A stretch of DNA of 62,754 nucleotides, counting the filler, from Sluysia triapertura (taxonomy: Eukaryota), in NCBI GenBank assembly GCA_046118255.1. It is 5 parts of 5 records of this genome, joined end to end, with 100 filler letters (N's around TTAATTAATTAA, not from the genome) between each part and the next. Parts side by side here need not be neighbours in the genome. Positions count along the whole stretch, not along the records: positions 11,624 to 23,296 come from JBJNIA010181472.1; positions 23,397 to 35,615 come from JBJNIA010128406.1; 3 more parts are not named here. One strand, 5' to 3'. The stretch's first letter is position 1; every line of letters begins with the position of its first letter. The translations under genes were made by a program, and so were the position numbers. The notes under the pieces are model-generated. The model was not told where the DNA came from, searched no databases, and worked only from the letters and a program-made list of their open reading frames with translations. Shown one piece after another: positions 11,695-26,505 of the stretch.

Positions 11695-13859
11695 TTTAAA
11701 CAATAATAATAGTGATAGTATGATAATACATGACAATAATTAAGGATTTATATTTTTCATAATAATAATAATTTCATAATAATAATAAAATTATTAATAA
11801 TAATAATTTTAATAAAATGATAATATAAGGATTTATATTGTCACATTAAATCGTGTAAGCGTAATCGATTATGTTTAATGATTCTTTTAAATTTATTAAT
11901 GACATTTAGATTATTTTTTTACTTTTTTGATTTATGCATTGTTTTAGTTTGTAAAGTATTACTGAAACTAATAATAATTTTTGGAGTTGTTTTATCATGT
12001 ATCATTATAATATGTCATTATATCACTGCAAGGAAATAATATATTTTACAATAAAGCTAAGGAAAATAGAAACCTACTTACTCTTTACCAGATAAAACAT
12101 AAAATTCAACTTCCAGTTATTAATCGAGTGAATTCACTATTAATTTTTTAATGCATTAAATATGTTTAAGCGAAATATTTATGTAATTTGCAATACAGCG
12201 GTCTCTAAGTTTTTGTTTAAATTTAACATTGCTTCAGTTAGTTACGATATTAGTACAATATTTTATTATTTTAACCCTTTCACAAAGATGGCTTCCAAAA
12301 AGTACGACATGATGAAGATTAAATGATTCTCATTTGGAGGCAGTGTTAAGAATAGCTGCTACAAGCATAGAACCAGGTATTAAAAATGTAACAATACTTT
12401 GCATTAGTTACTATGCTAATTTGATGTTTTGATTACTTACAATTATTTATTATAAAATTATTTACAATTATTTATAATAATAGTTTCTTAACATCTAAAT
12501 AAATAATTGTTTGCTTATTACCATTTTTAATTTCAAGATTTTTTCCGGCCCCTAAATTATTTTTTTTCCAATCCAGCCCGGGTTGTGCCTGTTTTACACT
12601 CTGTATTTTTATTATTCTCGAGTTTAACCAATCAAATTTCAGATAACTTTATTATATTTATAATAAATATTATTGAAATTATCTGTTTTGAAATTCTCAC
12701 ACATCGAAACAATTTAAACAAAGTTAAGATAAAATAAAAAAATTTGGTAAAGCATGAACTGTTCTTAAATGTGTACTTATCACAAACGTGCAAATAATAT
12801 GAACAAAACATGTGTTTACCAACACATAAAATATATTTCATTAACATATTTAGGTGAAATTTTTTAAATCATTTTTTTCATTACATTATTACTTTCAGTA
12901 GACTTTTGTTAAATTTCTTTAATTAATAATAGAAAGTTAAAAATCGTATTTAATTATATGATGATAATAATGCAAATGTAATGAAAACTGATTAATGTAT
13001 TCTTGCAACGTTTGTCTTTAATACGTCAGCTAATATATGCGACAAAAGTACTTGATTTTGAGCCTGGTGTGTGTTGCACTATTTTTTCGCAGTTAAAAAA
13101 TCCAATGCCATTTAAAGTCATTTCATAAGAAAAATTTCCATGGAATATGATATAATATTTTCTTCTCAAGTTCTGGTAGCGAACGTATAACAAAATTTAT
13201 CACGCATATATACGCACAGTGTGTCTAATAATTTCTTAATTTTTCAAATGTATTTTTAAAATATATAAGGTACGAATATTTATTTTCCTTTTGCGGACAT
13301 GTCATATACATTATTTTCATAATTTTCAACATCTAGTGCTACTAAGTAAGCAATAAATATGAATATTTTCCGCTGACAAAATTAACGCAACATCCATTAA
13401 TCTAAAAGCTATTTACCACGCAAAGGATCAAAAATGACTTTAACTCTCTATGGGCACATGCAACTTTCAGCTTATAAGCTAATATATCCACATTTTACCA
13501 AATAATTTTAGTTTTTTTCACAAGATGACGTATACAACTTATTTATATAATGCCTCTAAAATAACCAATAACATTATTGATCTAGTTGGTAGCATCATCA
13601 ATATGAAATGTCAAAATACATATTTTCTTATATTTAAGAAAAAAATTCGGCCCACAAAGGATTAACAAATTTGAAAATACAAGTAATAGAAAAATCAGAA
13701 CGCTTCGGGATAAAAGGACTATAGGATAAATATTAAAAGACTCAAGGGCTTTTGACACTTTTTCTGGGCATCATTTTTGTAAAATCTGATTTGTGAAACT
13801 CTAAATATTTTACTAAATAATGTTTTCATTTTAGAAATCACAAAAAGTAAAGGCTCCAT

Positions 13860-14420
13860 CTATAAAGATAGCCAAAGATCAAAGATATTTAACTTGTTCC
13901 CTGTCTGGAGATTTGGATTTTCAATTATGTCAATTAGAATTTTGATATCATTGAAAGATATTGAATGGGTTTAATCCCATGAATCTGGATATCATGTAGT
14001 CATGACTCTTCTTTTCCTTAAGTTTATTTACGAGATATTCCAACATTTTTCAAACCTACACCAACAGCAAATCAGAGGAAAATTTAGTCTTTTTAGAGAG
14101 ATTTTTGATACATTGTAGCACACTTTTAATATGGACCGTTCACCGATATTAAAAATGGTTTGCGGAGAAAAAACTTTATGAGACATATTTTAGATTTCCA
14201 AATGTTGGTGTTGTAATACTGGGAAGTTCATAAAGATATTCCGGATTTTATATTTATGAAAATTACCAAACAAATTTCTATTTTGAATGAGATTTTAATA
14301 AACTAAATGAAGGATGAAATCATGGAAACATCCACTTTAGGATCTGATTAAATCTATTTGAGTTGAACTCTTTTGATTTCCTTAAGATTATCTAAAATAG
14401 AGTCTGAAGGTACAAACGAA
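13860..14420 (-). pseudogene. Degenerate BTB/POZ-BACK-like coding sequence with no evident introns
   Basis: Manual translation across stops and frameshifts: KVDVSMISSFI*FIK, YLYELPSITTPTFGNLKYV, IFNIGERSILKVCYNVSK, FAVGVGLKNV, SFNDIKILIDIIENPNLQTGNKLNIFDLWL. Order and hydrophobic pattern resemble BTB followed by BACK. Confidence 0.4.
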
Positions 14421-14484
14421 GTTTTAATAAGCATGTATAAGTATGCATAATACAAACTGCAACTTAAGTAATTAATAATACAGT

Positions 14485-14654
14485 ATTTTTCCCTGTGAGT
14501 AATTTTCTATATGAGCGTATATGATTGTGCGTTAATTTCTGTGTTAGCAAATTTATATGTGGACAACACTTATGTGAACACTTACGCTAGTACGAAATTT
14601 TCTGTGGGCATTTGTTGTGTGCGGATGTTTCTAGTGGGAAACTATCATAAAACC
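14485..14654. repeat. Roughly 15-bp periodic degenerate array, probably a DNA-transposon subterminal repeat
   Basis: Recurrent (C/A)TGTG(A/G/T)GC-like units ending in AAAACC; more GC-rich than the flanks. Confidence 0.35.
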
Positions 14655-17600
14655 AGTAAGAAGTCTTTCAAACTAATAAATTCTTTATAGATTTGGTGAA
14701 TTATCTCATCATAACTAACAATTTATTTCAGGTCCTATTTTATCCCGCCTGGTTTGAAATAGTGAAGTTTTGAAATTGAAATCGTACTTGGAAAACAGTA
14801 AAAAATTTTATTTGTACTCGTCTATTCGAAGATTTTAGTAATTTTCACAAAAGAAAGATTTTCGTCGTAAAATTTATCAGTATTATGTCTTTTGAAATCT
14901 CCAAAAGAACATTAAGGCATGTAATTTTGTCATTTCCGCCAATGCCACTATCAAAATTATTTTAGTAAAACAGTTACTGGGGCAAAAATAAGATTGGACT
15001 AAGAGAATTTAAGAGTCTAATTTCATCGAATTTTAACAAAACAATATAATTAGAGAAGATATTGCCGATGACAATATATAAATCAAAATGGAAAAGTCAA
15101 CCGCGAAGAAAAAAAGTGTCATAGAAAGTAAAACCCCTATTTAATAGACATTATATTTAATAGACATTCCTTTACTACATGTGTAAATCGTGCAACTATT
15201 ATTGCCAAGTTGACGATATGTAGACCTGTAAAAGTCCAAGTGTGTGGAGGATCAGTCTGATAATTCCTTTTGTATTGAAATTCTTTTGTACATCTTTCCA
15301 TCCTTATTTTGCAATATGAATTTTAATAATTATTTGCCTACTGATTCATCCTCTTTATTACGCTTTTCATCCTGTGGTCCAATCTATTGTTTCAATGGCT
15401 ATCGGGGCCGTAATTGTTATTTTTTATTACTTTTTATTTTGTAAGATAAACTCTTAATAATTATTTTATATCCACTTTCTAATAATGTATCCATTCTATT
15501 GTTTTTCTCAATTTTTCCGGTTTTTAATCTCTTGCTTTTTTTAAATAATAACTCTTTAATAACTTTAAGTTCAGAAACTCAAAATAAGATTATAATCTCA
15601 ATTATATTTTTATATTACAAAAATATAATTTATCACTTATCACAATAAATATAAATTAACACAATAAATATCAATTATTACGAATAAAAGTTAAATATCC
15701 CAAATAAATGCTATAACCAATAAATGTTAAATTACACAAATCAAATACTTGTAAATCAATAATCAACTTTATAGAGCAATAATAATATAAAAATTACAAA
15801 ATTATGAAATATAACATAACAAAAATTCTAATGTCCAAAAAAATTAAATCAGCGTAAACTGTTTTCCTCCAATAGCATAACAAGAGCCTAACTCACGAGT
15901 TTACGCTAAATGACGTTAGAAGAATTACAATTCTTGATTAACAGTTTCTAATTTTGTTGTAAAATTAGAAGCTAATGTATTAAAATTTTAATCCAATTTA
16001 TCCTTATAATTTATAATTAACAAAATCTACAAATTCAGTTCCTTTATTTGCACGAAACCATCACTTATTAGTCCAAACAACTTAGCTTAAGTCTGACAAA
16101 TATTGTCAAATTCGTAATATTCTAAATATTATTGATTTGATTAATTAAGTTTACATTAAATGTTACTTTATACTTCTAATTAACACATCTCACTTTAAAA
16201 TAATATTTTGTGACATTTTATTTCCTCATATAATGATCAACTTAACTTTTGATGCGATGTTTTCTAATTTTAATAACTTCTAACAAAGGAAAATAATTTT
16301 CAACATTACGTTTTTTGATTAATTAAATATCAGATTCGGAATCATTACATAACAAGAATTCATTCTATATATGTTTCTGGTTTATTCGATTATTCTGTGG
16401 TACATAATTTTTGTAAACACTTAAATTAATTAGAATAATAATTTCTTGCGATATATTCGTTAACTTAAATGGCAAGACTTCAATTTTTCTATTAATAATA
16501 TGTTATAATACTATCTTCCATTATAACATATTATATTTATACCTTATTAAAATATTACTTATTAAAATGGCATAGTAAAAACAAAAAACGGTTATTTGAC
16601 CGGTCGTTGTACGTTAAAATACATAAACAGTCACAAATAAATTGCATTTAAATTTATATATACTATATTCTAATTCTTACTTTGTGATGACTGTCTTCTA
16701 GAATGTGTTCAGCTTTTGTAGATAAATAATGAATAAATCATGTATTTTATAAAAGTAATTAAAAATAATTGATTAGTCTCAGATAACTTGGGCTATAATC
16801 CATTTAGCACAATGGATAAAGAAAGCATGTGCTAAGTTGTGACTTAATTATTAATTTATTTTTTGATCATAATTTAATTGGGTTTAATTTTAAACCTATA
16901 AAAAATTATAAATATCACTTAAAAAATGAGATAAAGATTATGATAGATAAATAATTTATGTTAATTTTGCACATGTAAAAAACAGTTAAATTTTTTGCAC
17001 AAAAATTTCTTTGATTATATTAACTTTACGATTTAGTTTACATTTTAAATCATTATAAAAGTAAATAATAGAAATAGTAATAATAATAATAATAAAGTTT
17101 GATTTATTATTTTTATTTTCATTATTTAAGACTGAAAAACAAAAAGTAAACTAAATAAAAATTTAAAAATATAAAGAAAAATGTTGCGACATAATCTCTT
17201 TTGTGATTAACAAAAATTAAAATATTTTTCGAAGCTACTACAAAAGTATTATTAATTCATTTATTAAAATTTAATGAAATTCATTTTAATTTAATGAAAG
17301 TAATTGATGTTACATCCTGATTTTGGGTTATCTTGGACACTTCCAGTTTAAATATTTTTGAAAATGGATCTCATAGTATCGTCATTGGCAACAAGTTTCC
17401 ATTTTAATCATTACAAATGTTTGCTTATTATAGGTATTGATTATGCATCATGTAGATTAAAATCTTTGTACATACATTTTAAAAATGAGACATATCTTAA
17501 AAATAGAAAGAAATACAGACAAACAAAATATTGATTTATAAGACTAAAACTATATTATATGTATTAAAATATAGAACACCTTAGTTACTTAGTTAAAATA

Positions 17601-19689
17601 TGAAGTATTAAATCAATCTTGTACAATAAATAAACAGAAATTATAAATATGAAATTTCAATTAGTATTACTAAATCATTAAAGCTTTAGGCAATAATTTG
17701 GAATCATTATTCACTAAAACCAATCAAAATAATTATAAATTATTTTACAAACAAATTTATTTAACTTTAGTTTTAATCAATTTTTAAATCAAATTATTTT
17801 TGTGATTATTTAATACATGGCTTTGTTTAATTATATGATCTCGAACATAAGACAGTATTAATCTTAGAACGTATATCTTAAAATAGTCCTCTATTAATCT
17901 TCTTGACACTGATCAATGAAAAATGTTAATAGTTTCTATTTAAAGTGTTCATTTATTTACAAATTTATTAACTATTTTAAAATTATTAAAATAATTAAAT
18001 AAAGCATTTTAAATTATTAATGTAAAAAGAATAGGAAAAGAAAACAGAAATAATAATGCAACAAATAATAATTTTTATCAATTCATATGGATATTATAAA
18101 AAGCTAATATCAACAGATTTAGTTTATTTACCAAATTATTAGGCACATAATTAGCAAACATGATTTTAAAATGAAAAATAAAAGAAAATAGTCGTAAAAA
18201 GCACAATTGCAATAATTTACAAAACTTTACAAATATGAGAAAAAATAATGAAAATTATTTTTAAATTAATCTTTCAGACAAAATGAACATGACGATAAAC
18301 ATAGTAGATAATCAGTATTAATATAATCTGATAGATTATCAATTTTTAGAGGAAATTCAAATTATTGTAATGAAATTTTGTTTTTTAAATATTTTAAAAT
18401 CAAACTATCTTTTAATCGTACATTGAATACGGTTAAGCATTTAATAAATTTTGGTCTTTTAAATTTATGTAATTGTTTTAGGAAATAATTGATAACAATA
18501 TAATAATTTAATAATGTAAGTAGGTAACAATAGATAAAGATTAAAAATAATAATTTTAAAAATATCTTAAGAGTAAGTAAATATAAATTTTCTAAATAAT
18601 TTTTCTTTTGCGACATTAAAATATACCACACACAATTATAAACCACAATATTTTATTTGTAATATTAACGCTAGATATTTGATGATACGTGATATTCACC
18701 TTGAAAGACGTATTTAATTTTTATTTACATTGATATAAATAAAACTTATTAAGTTTAATTTATTATTAAGGTGGTTTGTCAAATATCAAACCTTAAAATC
18801 CGTTCAGTAATTTTTGCCGATTTAAATGAGGGTTAAAATCTGTCTAAAGATAAATGGCCTTCAGATTTTAATCATAAATTAATTTTTTTATATTTTCACT
18901 ACATTATTCTATGATTTTACATCTTTATTTATCGTTTTAGTATAATTATTTTATCAAATTTGTAAATATTAATTATCGCTCTACATTGTCTTTTGGTTTT
19001 GTGAATAACTTGAAAGAAAATTTGTAAAAGTACATAAAAAATTTAACGGAATTTTTAAGGCTAATTAATTGAAAATAAATTCGTACATAAAATTTCTGAT
19101 TTGTATTTAAACAGTAGTATTTCAATTACTAAAATAAGATGTGTAATAATTTTGATCATCTGTTTTAAGTAAAGTAATATGCTATTCTATTAGAATAAAT
19201 AAATATGACTTATGGAGATAGAATCTATAGAATATTACACATTATTTGTTATTGTCATAGTTACAGTTATGCCTACTGCACATTTTAAGCGGTCTACTGT
19301 AGCCGAACTTTGCTAAAATTTATTTTGCCCTAGGTTAACAAGAAAAAACTACAATATAATAATGTATTATCAATGAATGCGAAAACAGATTTGTTTTAAA
19401 TTAAATAAACAATAAAACCATGCAGTCTATCAAGTGAATTTGTTATGCATATTTTATTTTTGATCTCTTTGACATATATTTACATACATACAAATGTTAA
19501 AGACCAAAATTCTATATTAATCATAATTGAGATTTAAAATTAAAGATAATAAATTATTTTGATAAATAAATGACTTTGAAAAAGTTTAAAATTTGTAGTT
19601 GAAATTATTTATTACATGATAAATAATTGATAATATATTTTTATTTAAGTAGACAATTTTAAGAAATTTCCCTTTTAAAATTTATCATT

Positions 19690-19691
<2 letters not shown>

Positions 19692-19758
<67 letters not shown>
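19692..19758. repeat. (AAT)n microsatellite
   Basis: Direct reading. Confidence 0.95.
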
Positions 19759-21361
19759 TGTCAAAGATAAAATAGAGATAAAAGAATTTTGTTTAAATAA
19801 AACTTACGTCATTTAAAGTTATCAAAATTGTATTCATTCTTTTTTTCTTTTACTTATCTTTTTTCTTGTGACACTTATCTATTATCTTTATCTTTTTGTG
19901 TCATTTTTGTTTCAAATATCAAATTAAATTACATTTTGTAATAAAAATAATTAAATTTTAAAAATTATTTTCTTATTTGGTAGCACATTTAGATATAAAT
20001 CATTATATTTAAGACTGATGGTCTACATAAAACCTATTTAGTCTAAAGTTATTTAAACATAACCGAAAACAAAATACAGAAATTTATATGGATGCTTCAA
20101 ATGACAAGAATAATTGTGACATTATTTCATACTGCATTTCTTGTATTATCAAGATTAAGACTAACAAAATAAAACAAACCGGTGTTATATAAACAATTTA
20201 AAATAAACATGAACCAAAATAAGTTTTGTAGCATCAGAAAAAGTAAATCTTAGAAAAAATTTATTGGACACTTTAAAACCAATTGTTTTTAATATAAAAC
20301 ATTTTGAAACAATATTTGACTTTTATTGAGATCTTTGTCGAACAATTTATTCATTACTTTTTGAAAAAAATACTTTGTTTATGTTTCTGTTAAATTTAAA
20401 TAAGCAAAACTTATTTAATAATATAAAATTATTTTCAATGAAAATTATTATACACTAATTTATATTTTGACACAGAAATACTACCGAAAGCTGTGTTTGT
20501 GTGTGTATTTTTTGATTAGAGTACAAAATGAGGCTACTAAAATTAAATAAATGTTATTGCAGAGTTTTCAGAAATGAACAAATAGTTTTGTGATTATTTT
20601 GTGATTACAAGTAATAACAGAAACAGAGATAAATATCGAAGATAAATAATCAAGATTTGTTCTTTGTGGATTAGAATGATCAAACACTTTTTTCATAGGA
20701 AGATGACACACGATGATGTAACCTCTTATGCAATTCGGCGATGACTGTCAGACAATTTAATATCCTATGGAGGTTTTTGAGAAGGAAATATAAGAAGAGA
20801 AATGCTATGATACTCGTAAGGTCATTCTTAGATAGAATCGCTATATTTAATTTCAAGCCATCTTTTAAATGTCTTGTAGTTTGTCTTACCTTGAATCATA
20901 TTGTACGGTCTTGAAGAAACTCCAAACATCAAATAATATGTCTAATTAACCTTTAAAAAAGCAAACATATCGTAAATATCTGTTAAAACAGTTTACTTAT
21001 ACAAATATTTTAAACTTTACATAGATATAAAAGTTCAGTTGTCTTTAAACAATATCCACTTATAAAATACTTTTACCATACATAAATCAAGTGTTTAAAT
21101 AACAACAAACAACGCCCTACTTGTTCTTATTGTCATTCATCACGTCGAGTTTACAGAAATCATTAATGTTAATATGATATTTCACATCACAGCTATATAT
21201 CGCTAGAAACAGTAGTTGGTTTTGAATGTGCACGACAATATGTTATTCCAATTTTGAAGATTATTCTAATAAATCATACTTTAAAATAATCATCATGACG
21301 TTTAAATTCCGTAAAAACATTTCAAAACATCCATAATTAATTAATGAATTGGTGATAGCTT

Positions 21362-21780
21362 TGTTACCTCTGCCTTTAATTTTGTAATCTTTGTTTTTTG
21401 TGGTTTCGACTGAGGTTTATTCTTTACAGTTATTACTTTATAGATAAGATATAAAATACAAACAATTTAACAATGAAATAAATACAAACACTATTGTTAA
21501 TGTTTTCAAGTAAATGTTAATTCAAATATGAAGATTAGTTAGATGTAGTCGATGATTTAACTTACAGGTTTAGTATAGATGTATCCTTAGTACTTCTTAA
21601 TGCTTAATAACCACGAGTTACTTACAAATTAACAAATAACAAACAAAGTGTAGTATATCCAATACTTGAAATGATTAACAAATAGTACAACAATAAATTA
21701 CTTTACAAAATAATACACAACTGAAGCTATAATTAATAAATATTTAAATATTAGAAATTAAGATTTCTCTTAACTGTAAT
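21362..21780 (-). mobile_element. Possible LTR remnant (Bel/Pao-like architecture)
   Basis: Minus strand has GTAAGT donor-like sites, an AATAAA near 21421 and ends in GGTAACA at 21362. No 5' end or TSD was found. Confidence 0.25.
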
Positions 21781-22009
21781 TACATTTTAAGTCTAGTTTG
21801 AAGTATTTTTATCCAAAAGCATCATTTAGTAAGAATTATATTTAAATTTATAAAAAGATAATAAAAATATAACCGTAATAAAATCAAATTATATATAATA
21901 TAATATTGTAAGGCTAGCTAATAATACTGATTATACTGATAATAATACTGATAATAATAATAATTATTATTATTATAATTGTTAATAATGGAAATGATAA
22001 TCTTATTTT

Positions 22010-23135
22010 AGGGTAACGCCCAAAAAATGCACAAAAATGTAGTTTTAATGGCGTGGCGCACATATCCATTTATTCAAGTAAATAATTAATTATTTTTCAT
22101 ATCTTAATAATGACATAATTTTATAATTGTGGCACAAGATAAATACACTAAATAAAATTTAAGGAAATGTAATATATATACAAAATAGTTAGACAATGTA
22201 GGAATAAGTCTCTCAGATGATAATTTGCACGTGTTCTTTTTAATACTACGTAGAAAATCCTACAGGAATGAATGTATAAGGTTGTCAGTCATCTTCTGTA
22301 GGTGACTGACATTTAATTTCAAAACCTACCAGAATGCACTTTAGTGCTTTCACGTCATGTTCGTTTTTTGAAAATCGTAATTGGCGAGCCATTTACATCA
22401 TATGTTAATAATGTACGATTTTTATTCAATCTATATTTATTCAAAAATAATTCATACCACTTACATACAAGTTCTTGCTTTTAACGACAAGCTTCATCTT
22501 GCATGAACCAAAAATCGCAAAATTTTGGGCAAATTAAATGTGATAGATGACTTGGTTACATAGAATATGCTTCAAATGAATTTTGCAGTTAATGTTTTCG
22601 TTAATAAATATGCATCCAATAACCAATACCAGTCAGTTACTCTTTTTGGATGCAAAGGCTTAATTATCCAATATGTTGGTTATTTGTCCTCCAGATTCGC
22701 CAGATCTGTTTATTTACAAATCCTTTTAGTTCGAAGTGCGCTTGTTGCTAAACTAGATCTCAGCTATCCTTAATCGTTATTATTCTGATGGAAAATTCGA
22801 AACGTCTGTTCGAAGCTTCTTAATTAGTTGGAATAATTCCTTGAAGTCTAGTCCTTGTGTATTGTAACAGACTTTCCTGATGTTTTCTTCAGTCTTTTCT
22901 GATGTCTTTTCATTCCTGCAATATAATCTAGTACACCTCTAGTTTCACAAAACTTGACGTAGGTTCTAAAATGAATTAAGAATTGACGAACAATTAGTTT
23001 ATCTATATTTTAACAGTTGAAGAAATCAATGTACGCGTCTTTCCAAATGTTTTTCCGAATAATTCCACTGTTTTGGTTATTGATATGTTAAAACCATGAA
23101 AAAGTGATATTTAATACTGTATTCTTTCATTATAA
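22010..23135 (-). mobile_element. Decayed Tc1/mariner-superfamily transposon (Tc3-like/DUF4817-type transposase)
   Basis: Minus-strand remnants I*FS/AHFELKGFVNKQIWRIWRTNNQH, PLHPKRVT and WFMQDEA match the WFSDEAHFxLxGxVNKQNxRIW, PLHxxKVTVW and WFQQDGA motifs. A TIR-like AGGGTAACGCCCAAAAAATG lies at ~22010. Confidence 0.85.
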
Positions 23136-23142
23136 TACTTTT

Positions 23143-23296
23143 TTAACCCCTTACCTCGCACACTCGAATTAACTCGAGCGAGGTAAACCTGCAGAAATGA
23201 GCACACTCGAGTTAATTTTATTAATATATTAAGTTGTTTGGTATTAAAATTAACTTGCGTTAGTTACAGAGGTGCCAACTACTAGTTATAAGACGC
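23143..23296 (+). mobile_element. piggyBac-like element left end, truncated by the contig end
   Basis: TTAA followed by CCCCTT, then the inverted repeat TTACCTCGC...GCGAGGTAA and repeated CACACTCGA units. Confidence 0.55.
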
Positions 23297-23396
23297 NNNN
23301 NNNNNNNNNNNNNNNNNNNNNNNNNNNNNNNNNNNNNNNNTTAATTAATTAANNNNNNNNNNNNNNNNNNNNNNNNNNNNNNNNNNNNNNNNNNNN
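23297..23396. other. Artificial contig spacer
   Basis: N44-TTAATTAATTAA-N44. Confidence 0.98.
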
Positions 23397-24456
23397 ATAA
23401 TAATATAAGAATAACATTACTATTCATTGCCTTTAAAAATTTTAAAAATTAAAGTAATCATGTTACAAATGTAGTAAATACTCTAAAGTTAATATTTGCA
23501 ACTTTCAAGTGGAACTCTCAGATGAAATAAAACTAACATTCATTCCATTGCATGGACAAAAAAATAAGATAAAATGTTTGATAGTGTAAAATTATGATTT
23601 TACATAATCATGAACGAGTTCTTCATCTGCTTGCCACAGATTATCTTTCCTGATATAATTTATAAAATGAAAATAATTGTAGGATAAGATAACCATCTTG
23701 ATGCATAAGGAATATAAAGATGAAAATAAATTCAATACAAAAAAAATCTTTGGTTTGTGAAGTGACATTTTAGTGACTAATGACTCTTGATTATTCACTT
23801 AATTAACGACGAGATGATTATTTCGGCATAGTCTTTGGAGGATATTTTAAATGAAAAAGAAAATTTTGGGGTTCGCTATAGTTAAACTCATATGTAAAGT
23901 GTGTAAAAAATTGTGGCTCTTAAATTATGTGACATTATAATGGCTTAAAATGTTTGCTTTTTAATTACTTTTATTTAATTAAGATATTAACGTAATTAAT
24001 TAATGACTGTTCAGCAGTTTGATTAATAGGTACTAATTAAGATATTAATTAATTTTTTCAAGATTATTTAACTTTAAGTGCCTTACTTGCCTTAGGGCAG
24101 CCTGGAGTATGTTAAGGCTCTTAAGAGTTAGGATATATAAAAATATTCGCGTTTTGTTGAATATTTTTTTATATCTTTTTAATATATTTTTAATATTTTT
24201 ATATCTTTAAATTAAATAATCGATCCAAAATTAAATTTTAGTAAAAAATGAATTTAATATAAAAATTAAACTAATAATAAAATTTATGAAAATTATGAAA
24301 TTAATAATTAAAAATTAATAATAATCAAAATAATTATTGAAATAAAAAGATTAATAGTATTCATAATGCAAATTATAAAATTTATAATAATAGTTAATAA
24401 TGTAATTATTGATAATAATGATAATAATTGTAATAGAGATAATTAAGGGTTAAATT

Positions 24457-25430
24457 GTGTGTGGCAAGAAAGATGATAATGCGATTTATGGCTGGAATGA
24501 AGCAAAACAATGTGAGAGATTCTCATTACACTTGCGAATAAGAAAAACGCATGGAATAAGCTGGTTACGAAATGGTAGATTTAGAAATAGAAAACATGGA
24601 ACAAACGAATTCGTTACACAGTACATTTTTTATTTGAAACAGTTAGCTCTAAAAGCATTTCCAAATTTTTGTCATGATCAGAAAACTGAACTGATAGTAC
24701 AGCATTTTTTGATGGATGCAAGATGCCGATTCGAACGGAGTTCTAATTTCTGACGCCACAACTTTAGAAGATATTCAATCAAAGGCCGCAAAGATGGAAG
24801 CTAGATTGTCAATTACCCCCATATAAAGCTAGTTTTATGGTATCTGATATTGAACCAAAAGAACGACATGGCATTAAAATATCTAAATTTGTGACTGATA
24901 GTACCAATGTACTAAAAAACAATATTTCAGATAGACGCCGCAGTAGAGATCGTTTTGGTAGTGATAACAGAAATTTTAATAATTAACGCATTAGTTCTTT
25001 AATTCCACGAAGAAGAATATCCATAATAATAACATCGAGAAAATTTAATAATAGTCAATTCTACAACAAAAATAAAAATTGGAGAAATAATAATAGATGC
25101 CGTTTTAGCAATGGCAATAATTATCTTGCCAATAGATTTTCTAACTTTAAAAAACTGTTCAATTTAAAAATGATATTATATGCTATTATTGTAATAAAAA
25201 GGACATACTCGACCGGAATACAGATTATTACTTAATAAAATTAACCCAGTTACAGACGAAATAATCAACAATTGGTGCCAACAAAGGATAAGATGCCAGT
25301 TTATCGTACAGTGTAATATAAAAAATATGACCGATGAAAATAGACGTCTTAAGGCAATAGTTCAAGAAAGACAGAAAATTAATGATGAAGAAAGGGTGAA
25401 GAAACCTATGAAGAAATGTTTGGTAATTTA
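24457..25430 (+). mobile_element. gag: Decayed Ty3/Gypsy LTR-retrotransposon gag
   Basis: Capsid-like AIYGWNEAKQCERFSLHLR and FRNRKHGTNEFVTQYIFYLKQLALKAFP...LIVQHFL, an R/N-rich linker, and a CCHC-knuckle remnant ICYYCNK/GHTRPEY at 25181-25221 (1-nt frameshift, last C lost). Confidence 0.85.
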
Positions 25431-26505
25431 TTTATGATAAAAACTCGGAGAAGAATTTTTGGTGTAATGTAATGGTAATTGTATTTGTTAACTTTACTTG
25501 ATGTTATGGTTTCGAAATACAGTTCTTTAATTTTATTTATATTAGAATTATTAAAATAAAAAACATTAATATTGATTACTAAATTGCATCTATTAAATTT
25601 TAGTTTATAAATTTTTAAATTCAAATTAAATTTATTGAAAAATGAATAAAAATGATATAAAAGGCATTTATTCGAACCAAACATTAAATATATTAATATT
25701 AAACATTTAGATGATACTGGTTTATTAAGCATAAAATATTGTAACGTTCCTGAACATATTGTAGTCACAACTTTAAATAGATGTATGCAAGAGTAAAAAT
25801 CAACTAAATGGAAATTAAAATTAAAATTAAAATACCGTACTTGAAATAGCAAACGAAATAATTCTTCACTTAAGAAGTTGAAAAACGATTCATGAAATGT
25901 TGTTGTGTGAAACTGTTACTTGTGTCGATTATACCATCTTGGAGTTTGCAGGTTATATTCGAAGAGATGGTCAGGATGTGATGAATAATATTCATATATT
26001 TTGTTAAAAAACGCATTATTACAAAAACATCATGATTTAAAAGTTGTTGAAAAGCTGGTGATAAAATTGAATTATCAATTATAACAATAATATTCTTGTT
26101 AAAGCTTTTGGTAATATTAACATTTTTTAATATCAAATATTTTCTTTATGGGAATAGATGGAGTTTTAATCTGTATCATTTTAGTAAATAAAATTAAACA
26201 TTTCTTTGATAGTCTAAAATCTTGCAAACCAATAGCTTCATTTGTGATTCCAAATTTCATAACTATTTTCATAAGATAAAGTCTGCTTCCAGGATTAAGA
26301 TAAATAATCATAGAAATTAATGCAGCTAATCTTGAAGTGAGCGTAGTATATTATTGACCATTTTTCATTGCTACTGTGATTGTTTCTATTATTTCTACAT
26401 CATAATTATGACCGAGTGAATGATCGTATTTTGTAGGATTTATTTTTAAATCTTTAAAAATGTTATGAGCCATGTCATAAAACGGTTTGACTCCAATCAT
26501 GATTT
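25406..26505 (-). pseudogene. Frameshifted gene of unknown function with no evident introns
   Basis: Consecutive same-strand ORF pieces (26117-26311, 25870-26136, 25406-25852) extend up to MIGVKPFYDMAHNIF. They are preceded by TTTATAAA, CCAAT boxes and a CTGTC-N6-GACAG palindrome. Confidence 0.45.

Noticed and set aside
22567-22773. 68-aa plus-strand ORF
   Set aside because: Antisense shadow of the Tc1/mariner transposase.
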